A stretch of 64,000 nucleotides of DNA from Cyanobacteria bacterium SOY_65_metabat_81 (GTDB taxonomy: Bacteria > Cyanobacteriota > Cyanobacteriia > Pseudanabaenales > Pseudanabaenaceae). Of this stretch, positions 27,513 through 36,628 are shown one piece after another. How positions within the stretch are numbered: the first letter of the stretch is position 1; every line of letters begins with the position of its first letter. The position numbers and the translations under genes are program-made. The notes under the pieces are model-generated. The model was not told where the DNA came from, searched no databases, and worked only from the letters and a program-made list of their open reading frames with translations. The stretch covers positions 35,224 through 99,223 of the forward strand of contig JANODY010000006.1 in NCBI GenBank assembly GCA_031412945.1, read 5' to 3'.

Positions 27513-29498
27513 TTACCAACTGCGACCATTGACCGATCGCCTCAAACCAGAAGCCCCAAATCCGACTAATTCCATCTCTTTGTTGATCAGATTGTCGTTG
27601 ATCGGATTAGAATTATTTGTTAGCTCCTGACGTTGATCATCCTGATATTTTTTCTCGTCGCGAAGCAATACGGTTCGCAAGGCCCTTACTATAGATCTCT
27701 GAGCGAGTTTAGACAGGACATCGCGTCCAAAGTTAAGCGTTTGTGGCTTGCTGAGAATCCTTGTCGCGAGGGGCAGAATATCAGTGGGCGCGATCGCTTT
27801 ATCAGTTTGCAAAATTGTCCACAACTTGGCGATATGACTCAAACTTGATTGAGTTTCGGTGACTTTTTCCTTAATATTGCCATCAGCTACCATATCGCCG
27901 ACTGGCTTATCTCCAATTAACAAATTGCGTAATCTTTCGGGCAATCGTTTACTAGTTTCGACTTCTATCCCTTTGACAATCTCATCGATGATGCGATCGT
28001 GCATAAATTCACTGCGTTCAGAAAATAGAAATTCAAGCCCTTTATCGAGAGTTCCATTTAGGCTGTAGTCTGGGTTGATCTGAGCATTGCTTAATAGATT
28101 TTCTAAACGATTCCAGCGAAATTCACCATCACGGAAGAGTAAATCTTTGAGGGCTATTGTCAGTTCAGGTGAAGAGTCATTTAACAGACGATTTGCCACA
28201 TAGGGATAAGCGACTTCTAAAACTTTAAATTTGGGATCGACACTAAAAGCAATTCCTTCCAAAGTGACCAGCGATCGGATAATTAGCGCATAGTAAGCTG
28301 GAACTTGAAATGGATAGTCATACATGATCTGCGAAAGTTGATCAGTCATGTCTTTAAAATTCATTTGGGTCAAGCTCTGACCTTCGGGCGGATTGAATAC
28401 TTGCGATAGAGCAGGCACGATCGCCCCAAAGTCAATATCTTCAGTCAGAAAGCCTAGACGGACATAATCTTTTGATAGAGCGTCAAAATCACGATTAACC
28501 AAATGGACAATCGCTTCAATCAGTCCAAAACGCTGCTCGGCGGAAACTTCGCTCATCATCCCAAAGTCAAGGTAGGCTAGCTTGCCATCACCCATGACTA
28601 ACAAATTACCTGGATGCGGATCAGCGTGAAAATAGCCATAGTCAAGCAATTGTCGTAAAGAGCATTGCACCCCGACCTCAATGACATGACGACTATCAAA
28701 ACCCGCCTCTTTGACCTTCTGAACATTGGTGAGCTTGATTCCTTCAATCCATTCCATAGTCAACACCCGTTTAGCGGTGTAGTTCCAATAGATCTTGGGA
28801 ACGTAGATTCCTTCTAGTTGTCCATAGTATTTAGCAAATTTTTCCGCATTTTGACCTTCAAAGGTATAGTCCATTTCTTCAAAGATGCGGCTAGCAAACT
28901 CATCAAGGATCGCCGCTAAATCAGTACGAATAAATTTAAAGGTCTTTTTTAACCATGTGCCAATGCCGCGCAAGATATACATGTCAAGGGCAATACCTGC
29001 GGCAATGTCAGGACGTTGGACTTTGATGGCGACGAGTTCACCTGTTTTTAGCCGCCCCTTATAGACTTGTCCCAATGAAGCTGCGGCGATCGGATTGTCC
29101 GAGATTTCGGCATAAACTTCTAATGGGTCGGCTCCTAATGCATCTCGAATAAATTGAAAAGCGATCGCATTAGGAAATGGCGGCAGTTGATCTTGCAATT
29201 CAGCCAATTCGTCCATAAATACTGGCGGCACGATGTCAGGGCGGGTCGAGAGGGCTTGACCGATTTTGATAAAGGCTGGTCCCAGTCGAGTCAATAATTT
29301 ACGCGACTCGATCGCCAGTTTACGCATTTGGGCTGCTGAAGCTTTAGCACTAAGTCTTAGTCTCAGCAACAACCAAATAAGAGGTACAAAAATTACTATG
29401 CACCGCCACCAGACCCGCAACGGTTGGTTACGATAATAATCGGCGATCGCCTTAACGTCATAGCGATCTAACTCAAAGTCTGGTTTATTAGCAGGCAT
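27513..29498 (-). CDS. ABC1/UbiB (AarF) atypical kinase family protein
   Basis: 661 aa. Contains IAAASLGQVYKGRL, VAIKVQRP and HADPHPGNL. Confidence 0.9.
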   Translation of the reverse strand: MPANKPDFELDRYDVKAIADYYRNQPLRVWWRCIVIFVPLIWLLLRLRLSAKASAAQMRKLAIESRKLLTRLGPAFIKIGQALSTRPDIVPPVFMDELAELQDQLPPFPNAIAFQFIRDALGADPLEVYAEISDNPIAAASLGQVYKGRLKTGELVAIKVQRPDIAAGIALDMYILRGIGTWLKKTFKFIRTDLAAILDEFASRIFEEMDYTFEGQNAEKFAKYYGQLEGIYVPKIYWNYTAKRVLTMEWIEGIKLTNVQKVKEAGFDSRHVIEVGVQCSLRQLLDYGYFHADPHPGNLLVMGDGKLAYLDFGMMSEVSAEQRFGLIEAIVHLVNRDFDALSKDYVRLGFLTEDIDFGAIVPALSQVFNPPEGQSLTQMNFKDMTDQLSQIMYDYPFQVPAYYALIIRSLVTLEGIAFSVDPKFKVLEVAYPYVANRLLNDSSPELTIALKDLLFRDGEFRWNRLENLLSNAQINPDYSLNGTLDKGLEFLFSERSEFMHDRIIDEIVKGIEVETSKRLPERLRNLLIGDKPVGDMVADGNIKEKVTETQSSLSHIAKLWTILQTDKAIAPTDILPLATRILSKPQTLNFGRDVLSKLAQRSIVRALRTVLLRDEKKYQDDQRQELTNNSNPINDNLINKEMELVGFGASGLRRSVNGRSW

Positions 29499-29623
29499 AG
29501 CATTCTCGTAGACTCAGTTCCATAACAGTAATCTTCATTGCGCTTATTGAAACGAAGATTACGTTGTTATTTTAACAATCTGTAACACAATTCGGGATAG
29601 CTCTCTAGGCTTATGTTTTGAAC

Positions 29624-29661
29624 AAAAAAAAGATGTGCGGCGATGCCGCACATCTTTTTTT
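29624..29661. terminator. Hairpin terminator, apparently terminating the STAS gene (the adjacent ABC1 gene is co-directional and its start, not its end, lies here)
   Basis: A-run, then AGATGTGCGGC-GAT-GCCGCACATCT, then a T-run. Confidence 0.7.
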
Positions 29662-29685
29662 CTTTTTTGATTGGAAACTGCGTGT

Positions 29686-30111
29686 TTAAGCTGCAACTAG
29701 ACAGGCAGAAGCTTGGTGTTTAGCATCAAACTGATCCATAAACTCATCAACACTAGGAAAGATGGCAAATAGTTGATCAATTCTTGAGATTTCAAATACA
29801 AATCTAATAGAGGATTGTTGAGAACACAGTAATAAATTACTGTGTTGAGCTTGCATTAATCTGAGCGCGGCTAACAGTTTTTGTAAACCCTGACTGTCGA
29901 TAAACTCTACATTTCCCATGTCAACTATCAAAACAGGAATTTCTTTGTTATTCATCATCATATTGGCTGAAACCCACGATTCAACCTTAGCCAATAAATC
30001 GGATCCCGCAAAGCTATCGAATTTATTACTGGTCAATTTAATAATAAAAGCTGGATCGCTATTTAACCCATGACGGAAGGATGACTGGTTGATCTTAGTA
30101 ATTGTATCCAT
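29686..30111 (-). CDS. STAS domain protein (anti-sigma-factor antagonist-like)
   Basis: VLIVDMGNVEFIDSQGLQKLLAALRL. ATG at 30111 is preferred over the TTG at 30126. Confidence 0.8.
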   Translation of the reverse strand: MDTITKINQSSFRHGLNSDPAFIIKLTSNKFDSFAGSDLLAKVESWVSANMMMNNKEIPVLIVDMGNVEFIDSQGLQKLLAALRLMQAQHSNLLLCSQQSSIRFVFEISRIDQLFAIFPSVDEFMDQFDAKHQASACLVAA

Positions 30112-30319
30112 TGTTCTTCCTTGCAAATTTTTTAGAGAATAATAGTCTGATTTCTAAGTCGCATTGGTGAGAACAACATCTACATCTTGTTTCACAATGT
30201 CAACAAATGTTTTATTGTCTCTTGAGCCTTATTATTCACTTTTTTCTAAACGATGAAACATCCAAGAGATATATAAAAGTTAGTAAGAAAGATTAAAAGG
30301 TTATATAAAAGTTACTTTT

Positions 30320-30377
30320 TTGACAATCTTCAGCCTAAAGGCGTGAGGATTGCTGATTCAGCGAGACAACTTACCAA
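30320..30377 (-). mobile_element. Orphan copy of the tnpB right-end / omega-RNA 3' module
   Basis: On the minus strand it shares TTGGTAAGTTGTCTCGCTGAATCAG (25/25) with 4619-4643, then a hairpin with compensatory changes, then TGTCAA. There is no tnpB alongside. Confidence 0.7.
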
Positions 30378-30393
30378 ATAGACCATTATTATT

Positions 30394-30439
30394 TATAGCA
30401 ATCCTGAATGATTTATAGCTTTTTAAGAGTTGTGAGAGG
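30394..30439. repeat. Degenerate fragment of MITE family B
   Basis: TATAGCAATCCTGAATGA...GAGTTGTGAGAGG matches the reverse complement of the right arm of copy B2 (CCTCTCACAACTCATTTAGGATTGCTATA). No second terminus is present. Confidence 0.55.
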
Positions 30440-30467
30440 CAAAAGATTTGTCAGCCAGTCAGGAGAT

Positions 30468-31862
30468 TTAGACTAGTTCCCCAAATAGGTCGTAGTGATC
30501 GGCGGCGGTGATTTTGACAGAAAACATTGAGCCTAGCGTGGCTTTGCCTTGTGGGTCGCGGATATAGACGACACCATCCACATCAGGGGCAAATCTTGCC
30601 GATCGCCCAATTAGTTCGCCCGTATCGGGATTTTCCTGTTCGATCAAGACATCAACGGTTTTACCGATTTCGGCTTGGTTGTTTTTGAGCGAGATCTCTT
30701 GTTGGGCGGCCATGAGGCGATCGCGGCGCTCTTGTTTGACTTCTTCGGGGATTTGATTAGGCAAATCAAAGGCGGCTGTCCCTTCTTCGGCGGAGAAAGT
30801 AAATACGCCGACATGATCGAACTCATGACGCTTCACAAATTCTAATAAATGCTCGAACTGCTCTTCGGTTTCATCGGGAAAACCAACAATAAAAGTGGTA
30901 CGGGTGACGGCGTTAGGGAGCGCCGCTTTGATTTGTTCAACGATCTTGTCATTGATCCGCCCTTGCCAAGGACGATTCATCGCTTTTAAGACTTCGGGAT
31001 GGGAGTGTTGTAAAGGCAGATCAAGATAAGGAACCACATTAGGCGTGGACTTCATGGCGTTGATTACCTTCGGGGTCAGCCCTGTGGGGTAAGCATAATG
31101 CATTCTGATCCAAGGCACATCGACCTGACCGAGGGCGGTTAATAGTTCGGCTAGGCGCGGCTGACCGTAAATATCTAAGCCGTAATTAGTCGTAATTTGA
31201 GAAATTAAAATAATCTCTTTTACGCCCTCAGTGGCGAGGCGATCGCACTCAGTCACAATCGACTCAATAGTTCGCGATCGCTGATCCCCGCGTAAATGGG
31301 GAATGATGCAAAAAGCACAACGATAATCACAGCCCTCCGCCACGCGCACATAGGCGACCGCCTCATTGGTGGTGCGATAGCGCGGCACAGTGTCATCAGC
31401 GATATAGGTAGGAACGGCGGTGATCTCTTTGACCCGCTCCCCTGTTTCGGCGCGTTCGATCACATCGACAATTTTGTAATAGTCCCCCGTTCCGACTAGG
31501 GCAACAGCTTCAGGGATTTCATCAAGTAGTTCTTGTTGAAAGTGTTGCGCCATACAGCCAGCGATCACAATGCGTTTGCCCATTTCTGCAAGCTCTACCA
31601 AAGTTCGCACCGATTCTTGACGGGCATCTTCGATAAAGCTACAGGTATTAACGATCACATAATCGGCTAATTCTTCATTGCTATCGACTTGATAGCCAGC
31701 CTGCACTAACAATCCCAACATGTGTTCGGTATCGACGCGGTTCTTTTCACAACCCAAATGAGAGAAAGCGATCGTGGGCTTGATCGTAGCTTTGACGGTT
31801 GGAACCAGATTGACCATATTTGTATTAACGTAATCTTTGACGCGCAAAATTTCAATTGACAT
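30468..31862 (-). CDS. rimO: Ribosomal protein S12 methylthiotransferase
   Basis: UPF0004 N-domain LGCEKN, radical-SAM CDYRCAFC, C-terminal TRAM domain. Confidence 0.92.
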   Translation of the reverse strand: MSIEILRVKDYVNTNMVNLVPTVKATIKPTIAFSHLGCEKNRVDTEHMLGLLVQAGYQVDSNEELADYVIVNTCSFIEDARQESVRTLVELAEMGKRIVIAGCMAQHFQQELLDEIPEAVALVGTGDYYKIVDVIERAETGERVKEITAVPTYIADDTVPRYRTTNEAVAYVRVAEGCDYRCAFCIIPHLRGDQRSRTIESIVTECDRLATEGVKEIILISQITTNYGLDIYGQPRLAELLTALGQVDVPWIRMHYAYPTGLTPKVINAMKSTPNVVPYLDLPLQHSHPEVLKAMNRPWQGRINDKIVEQIKAALPNAVTRTTFIVGFPDETEEQFEHLLEFVKRHEFDHVGVFTFSAEEGTAAFDLPNQIPEEVKQERRDRLMAAQQEISLKNNQAEIGKTVDVLIEQENPDTGELIGRSARFAPDVDGVVYIRDPQGKATLGSMFSVKITAADHYDLFGELV

Positions 31863-32065
31863 TCCTTAGTCTGAAGACGTAAGGATTCTTGGACTCACTA
31901 TCGCCTGTAGGACTTGTCCTAACATGGTTAGTGGTATCTAGTCTTTCAACTAGCTTTTCAAGCGTGAATTTCCGTATGCCCTGCGGTATTGGCTATATTA
32001 TAATGTAAAGCCGTGCTAGAAGCACGGGGTTTCAAAGCCAATTTTCCGATAACCTTTACAAATTC

Positions 32066-33508
32066 ATGTCTGTTCGAGTTCGCATTGCACCAAGCCCCAC
32101 GGGTAATCTACACATCGGCACAGCCCGCACTGCCATATTTAATTGGCTCTATGCTCGTCACCACAAGGGGACATTTATTCTTAGGGTCGAAGATACCGAT
32201 CGCGAAAGATCTAAGGATGAGTATACTCAAAATATTTTGGAAGGCTTGGCTTGGTTAGGAATTGATTTTGATGAGGGACCATTTTTTCAAACCCAACGTA
32301 GCGATCGCTATATTGCCACTGTCGAGAAGCTGCTAGCTGACAAGAAAGCTTATTTTTGCTACTGCACTGAAGCTGAGCTAGATGCCATGCGCGAAGCTCA
32401 AAAAGCGAATAAACAAGCCCCCCGCTACGACAATCGCCATCGCAACTTGACTGACGAGCAACGTCAAGCATTTGCGGATGAAGGTCGTCGCCCCGTGATC
32501 CGCTTCATCATCGAGGAGCCGCGCACGGTTGCATGGAATGACCTAGTACGCGGCACGGTGTCTTGGAGCAGTAGCGATCTTGGCGGTGATATGGTGATCG
32601 CCCGTGTGGATGAGCAAGGCAATATCGGCTTACCTTTGTATAACTTTGCCGTGGTCGTTGATGATATCGATATGGAGATCACGCAAGTAATTCGTGGGGA
32701 AGATCATATTGCGAATACGGCTAAGCAGATTTTGATTTATGAAGCCTTAGGAACTACGCCGCCACAGTTTGGACATGCGCCGCTAATTCTCAATCAACAA
32801 GGCGCAAAAATTTCTAAACGTGATGGCGCAACTTCCGTTTGGGAATTTCGGAACATGGGCTATATTCCTGAAGCTTTTAATAATTATATGGCGCTGCTGG
32901 GTTGGTCGCCTAGTGATGGAAAAGAGCTATTTACGATGCAAGAAGCCGCCCAGATTTTTAGCTTCGATCGCGTCAATAAGGCGGGTGCGAAGTTCGATTG
33001 GGATAAACTCAATTGGATTAATAGTCAATATTTGCACTCATTACCAACAGAAGATGTTTGCGATCGCCTGACTCCATTTCTAAAGGAAGCTGGCTATGAT
33101 TTGGAATCTGTCGATCGCCAATGGTTGCTAGATCTCACCAAATTGATCGCGCCAAGTTTAACGGTGCTGACCGATGCCGCCAAGATTAGCAAGTTCTTCT
33201 TCACGGAGTTTGAAGACTATACCGATGAGGCGAAAACAACTCTGCAAGGTGATGCGATCGCAGGTATTATCACGGCTCTGATCGCAGCACTCACAGAAAC
33301 TTCAGATCTTGATGCGGATATTGCGGGTGAAGTAATCAAGACGGTCACTAAATCACAGGGCGTTAAAAAAGGCGTAGTTATGAAATCTTTACGGGCGGCG
33401 CTCACAGGCGATCTGCATGGTCCCGAAATTTTGCCCACCTTTGTGCTGCTCCATCGTCAAGGCTTGGCTTTATCCCGTTTGCAACGAGCAATGAGTACTC
33501 ATATATAA
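32066..33508 (+). CDS. gltX: Glutamate--tRNA ligase
   Basis: RIAPSPTGNLHIG (HIGH motif), KISKRDG (KMSKS-type motif). Confidence 0.95.
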   Translation: MSVRVRIAPSPTGNLHIGTARTAIFNWLYARHHKGTFILRVEDTDRERSKDEYTQNILEGLAWLGIDFDEGPFFQTQRSDRYIATVEKLLADKKAYFCYCTEAELDAMREAQKANKQAPRYDNRHRNLTDEQRQAFADEGRRPVIRFIIEEPRTVAWNDLVRGTVSWSSSDLGGDMVIARVDEQGNIGLPLYNFAVVVDDIDMEITQVIRGEDHIANTAKQILIYEALGTTPPQFGHAPLILNQQGAKISKRDGATSVWEFRNMGYIPEAFNNYMALLGWSPSDGKELFTMQEAAQIFSFDRVNKAGAKFDWDKLNWINSQYLHSLPTEDVCDRLTPFLKEAGYDLESVDRQWLLDLTKLIAPSLTVLTDAAKISKFFFTEFEDYTDEAKTTLQGDAIAGIITALIAALTETSDLDADIAGEVIKTVTKSQGVKKGVVMKSLRAALTGDLHGPEILPTFVLLHRQGLALSRLQRAMSTHI

Positions 33509-33514
33509 CGTCGA

Positions 33515-33693
33515 TTTATGTAACTCATGTTACGCAGAGCGAAGATCTACCCTCATCCCCCAGCCCCTTCTCCCAGAGCGGGAGAAGGGGAGAAAGAGTC
33601 GCTTTTGAATTTTTCTTGTTCCCCTCTCCCTTTTTGGGAGAGGGGCTAGGGGTGAGGGTCTTAGAACCTTCTGCGTAAGGTGAGTTATGTAAA
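33515..33693. repeat. 179-bp nested palindromic element (MITE-like)
   Basis: Outer arms TTTATGTAACTCATGTTACGCAGAG... / ...CTTCTGCGTAAGGTGAGTTATGTAAA. Two inner hairpins: CCCCTTCTCCC-AGAGC-GGGAGAAGGGG and CCCCTCTCCC-TTTTT-GGGAGAGGGG. Confidence 0.75.
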
Positions 33694-33709
33694 ACCAAAA
33701 AAATAAAAA

Positions 33710-33726
33710 GTGGCGCGAAGCGCCAC
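33710..33726. terminator. Terminator hairpin between the convergent gltX and fur genes
   Basis: GTGGCGC-GAA-GCGCCAC with A/T-rich flanks. Confidence 0.6.
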
Positions 33727-33754
33727 GACGTTATATTTCATTTTTTTGTTTTTT

Positions 33755-34216
33755 TTAAAAAATGGAACGTTGCCCTTCAGGGCTAACGCCAATAATCGTG
33801 AGTTGACAATCTAGAACAGAGAAGCCATATTTGTCAGCAACTTTTTTGCTAATACTCAAAATTTGGTCATTCTTAAACTCAATGACTCGGTTAGTTTTGA
33901 CACAGACTAGATGGTGATGATGATGCGGTTTTGGCTGATTGATTTCGTAATGTTTATGATCTTCGGTCAGTTCTAACTCACGCAAAATCCCCATCCGCGC
34001 CATCATCTTCACAGTGCGATAAATTGTGGAAAGACTAATATTTTCACCTTGCGCTTTGAGGCGATCGCACAGATCTTCAGCGCTTAGATGTTCGCCTTCA
34101 GGCAATGTCTGAAATGTATTTAAAATCACCTCGCGCTGCGGGGTCATGCGCCAACCCTTTGAGTTGAGTTCAGCCTTGAGAGATTCAGGTGAATAGGTGG
34201 TCTCCGCAGAAGTCAT
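33755..34216 (-). CDS. fur: Fur-family transcriptional regulator (FurA-like)
   Basis: RMTPQREVIL, the HHHHHLVC histidine cluster, and DCQLTIIG. ATG at 34216 (MTSAETTY) is preferred over the track start. Confidence 0.88.
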   Translation of the reverse strand: MTSAETTYSPESLKAELNSKGWRMTPQREVILNTFQTLPEGEHLSAEDLCDRLKAQGENISLSTIYRTVKMMARMGILRELELTEDHKHYEINQPKPHHHHHLVCVKTNRVIEFKNDQILSISKKVADKYGFSVLDCQLTIIGVSPEGQRSIF

Positions 34217-34324
34217 ATTGCCATTATCAATAACGATTGCTTCTTGAGAATAGCATAAAAAACGATTCTCCCAAAAATCCAAATACTCCCTTCCCGCTAT
34301 AAAACTAGACATTAAAAACCAAGA

Positions 34325-34359
34325 ATTAGCGTTGCGGCGCTTCGCGCCGCAACGCTAAT
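34325..34359. terminator. Strong 16-bp hairpin between the divergent fur and 34471 genes (role unclear)
   Basis: ATTAGCGTTGCGGCGC-TTC-GCGCCGCAACGCTAAT followed by TTTTTC. Confidence 0.4.
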
Positions 34360-34470
34360 TTTTCACTGAGAAGGGAGTAGAACTTACGCATTGACAAAAT
34401 TTCAACCTATGCGTTGGGCAGTTTAGTGTCAAATTTATGTCAAAATCAAAAGGTGTAAATCCTGAATATT

Positions 34471-35091
34471 ATGAAACTTTTAAAAAATACTGTTTTTGCA
34501 TTGTTTACTACGGTCACACTTGCTTCTAGCCCTCTAATTCTTGCTCAGAGAGCTTTTGCAGATACTAGCGGCTCAAAGGTAGCCACTTCAAACGTGAAAG
34601 CTCCAGTTGTCAATAGAGCGATTACCGAGGCTGAAGTATTGTCTGCTCAGAAAGCTTGGGGAGATGCATTGGTTTTAATTTCTAAGACTCATGAGATGAA
34701 TGGTAAAGAGTCAGCGAAAGCATTGGCTGGGAAAGTCATTGATGAGGCTTACGGATACCAGTTTGGGGTCGTCCTTTTCAAGCCAACACTTACCGTTGCT
34801 CCACAGACATTCCGCACAACTCGTGCAGGAGCCTTAGCCTATTTTGTGGGAGGTGATCCTGCTTTCCCTATGGATAATGGCTTTGCCTTGAATGGCTGGC
34901 GCAAAGTAGAAATTAAGAATGCCGCGATCTTTATTTCTGGTAATACGGCTACCACGATGGGCAATGCGCTTATTACGGATAAAAACGGGAAGACCACTAC
35001 TGTGGACAAGACTTGGCAGTTCTTCAAAGATGATAACGGTAAGCTCCGAATTATTCTCCATCACTCTTCATTACCTTATACAGGTAAATAG
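34471..35091 (+). CDS. Secreted NTF2-like (SgcJ/EcaC, CaMKII-AD-type) protein; candidate iota-class carbonic anhydrase
   Basis: Signal peptide MKLLKNTVFALFTTVTLASSPLILAQRAFA. C-terminus ends ...RIILHHSSLPYTGK, containing the HHSS motif reported for iota-CA. Confidence 0.8.
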   Translation: MKLLKNTVFALFTTVTLASSPLILAQRAFADTSGSKVATSNVKAPVVNRAITEAEVLSAQKAWGDALVLISKTHEMNGKESAKALAGKVIDEAYGYQFGVVLFKPTLTVAPQTFRTTRAGALAYFVGGDPAFPMDNGFALNGWRKVEIKNAAIFISGNTATTMGNALITDKNGKTTTVDKTWQFFKDDNGKLRIILHHSSLPYTGK

Positions 35092-35117
35092 CTAAGGGTT
35101 AAGAATTTATCAAACCT

Positions 35118-35157
35118 AAAAACCGTTTGGATGGGCTTTGTCGATCCAAACGGTTTT
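35118..35157 (+). terminator. Rho-independent terminator
   Basis: AAAACCGTTTGGAT-(11 nt)-ATCCAAACGGTTTT. Confidence 0.7.
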
Positions 35158-35259
35158 AATTTTAATTAAATAATTTATTTGTCTTTAAATGCAATTTTGG
35201 CGATGCTGCCCATACTTTATGTTATGGTTATCAGCCTATCTAATAAAAAAGTATCAGCC

Positions 35260-36486
35260 ATGTCATCGTTGCCCCGTGCGATTATTCATCGTAAAAAAGT
35301 CGATGCGGTTCAGCGTTTTCATCCTTGGATTTTTTCAGGGGCGATCGCCAAAATGCAAGGACAAGTCAGCGATGGCGACTTAGTTGAAGCTTATAGTGAA
35401 GACGGTAAATTTTTAGCGATCGGCTTGTGGGGATTGGGCAGTATTGCCATTAAGGTGTTGTCGTTCCAGCCTGTGGAGTCGATGCAGCAGTTGATTAGCG
35501 ATCGCCTACGGCAAGCATTTGCCCTCAGACAACAGATTGGATTAATTGATAATTCAGACACAAATTGTTATCGATTGATTAACTCAGAGGGTGATGGTTT
35601 ATCAGGATTAATTATCGATATTTATGGTGATACGGCGGTTTTGCAATGTCATTCCCTAGGTACATATCGCCATCGGATGGAGATTGCTGAGACTCTGATT
35701 GAGATTTATGGCGATCGCCTACAAGCTGTTTATGACAAAAGCGCCGCCACACTTTCACGCAAACCGCAAACCCAATCTCAGTCTCAAGATGGCTTATTGA
35801 TTGGCGATCGCTCTGATAATTCATCTAATAATCCAGATGATAGTGCAGAAGTTCTAGAATATGGACATCGGTTTATTGTCGATTGGGAACGGGGACAGAA
35901 AACAGGATTTTTCTTGGATCAACGGGAAAATCGGCGTTTGTTTGGACAATATGTCAAGAATAAAAAGGTGTTAAATACATTCTGCTATTCGGGTGGTTTC
36001 TCAGTCTATGCCTTAGCTGGTGGGGCGAGAGAAGTTCATTCTATCGACAGTTCAGTAAAAGCGATGGAATGGACTGATCGCAATATTGCGGCAAATTGCG
36101 ATCTAGAAGAGCAATCAAAACATACTTCTTTTACAGGGGATGTGTTTAACTTCCTGAAAGAATGTGATCAAGATTATGAGGCGATCGTGCTTGATCCTCC
36201 TGCTTTTGCCAAAAACTTATCGGCGCGACATTCAGCAATGCAAGCTTACAAAAAGTTGAATTTGCAGGCGATGTCTAAGTTAAAAAGTGGTGGCTTGTTA
36301 TTTACCTTCTCTTGTTCGCAGGTGGTGAATGTGGAAAACTTTACGGGTGCAGTGACGGCGGCGGCGATCGAGTCAGGGCGCACAATTCAGGTTTTGCATC
36401 ATCTGACCCATCCTGCGGATCATCCAACCAGTATTTTTCATCCTGAAGGCTCTTATCTCAAGGGCTTAGTTTTGAGCGTCATTTAA
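35260..36486 (+). CDS. Class I SAM-dependent rRNA m5C methyltransferase (RlmI-like, PUA plus MTase)
   Basis: HPWIFSGAI (PUA-region motif), TGFFLDQREN, VLDPPAF. ATG at 35260 is preferred. Confidence 0.85.
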   Translation: MSSLPRAIIHRKKVDAVQRFHPWIFSGAIAKMQGQVSDGDLVEAYSEDGKFLAIGLWGLGSIAIKVLSFQPVESMQQLISDRLRQAFALRQQIGLIDNSDTNCYRLINSEGDGLSGLIIDIYGDTAVLQCHSLGTYRHRMEIAETLIEIYGDRLQAVYDKSAATLSRKPQTQSQSQDGLLIGDRSDNSSNNPDDSAEVLEYGHRFIVDWERGQKTGFFLDQRENRRLFGQYVKNKKVLNTFCYSGGFSVYALAGGAREVHSIDSSVKAMEWTDRNIAANCDLEEQSKHTSFTGDVFNFLKECDQDYEAIVLDPPAFAKNLSARHSAMQAYKKLNLQAMSKLKSGGLLFTFSCSQVVNVENFTGAVTAAAIESGRTIQVLHHLTHPADHPTSIFHPEGSYLKGLVLSVI

Positions 36487-36628
36487 CTCATGTCATCCCT
36501 ACACAACTTCTATTTAAATTTCGCTAATAATTTGTCTCTATACTTCTAGGTTTTGAGGTTACTATTTAATTGCGCCTGCTTACTTGTGTAGATCAAGATT
36601 TATAGGGTTTATTAAGGATTTATTAACA

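Noticed and set aside
32013-32258. 81-aa ORF overlapping the gltX start. Many other track ORFs are nested in or antisense to strong genes, for example 272..601, 813..1082, 9751..10005, 14820..15164, 37108..37440, 41695..42168, 46749..47027, 53355..53714 and 60782..61201.
   Set aside because: All lie within, or opposite, ORFs with unambiguous family signatures. They show no motifs of their own and are typical shadow ORFs.
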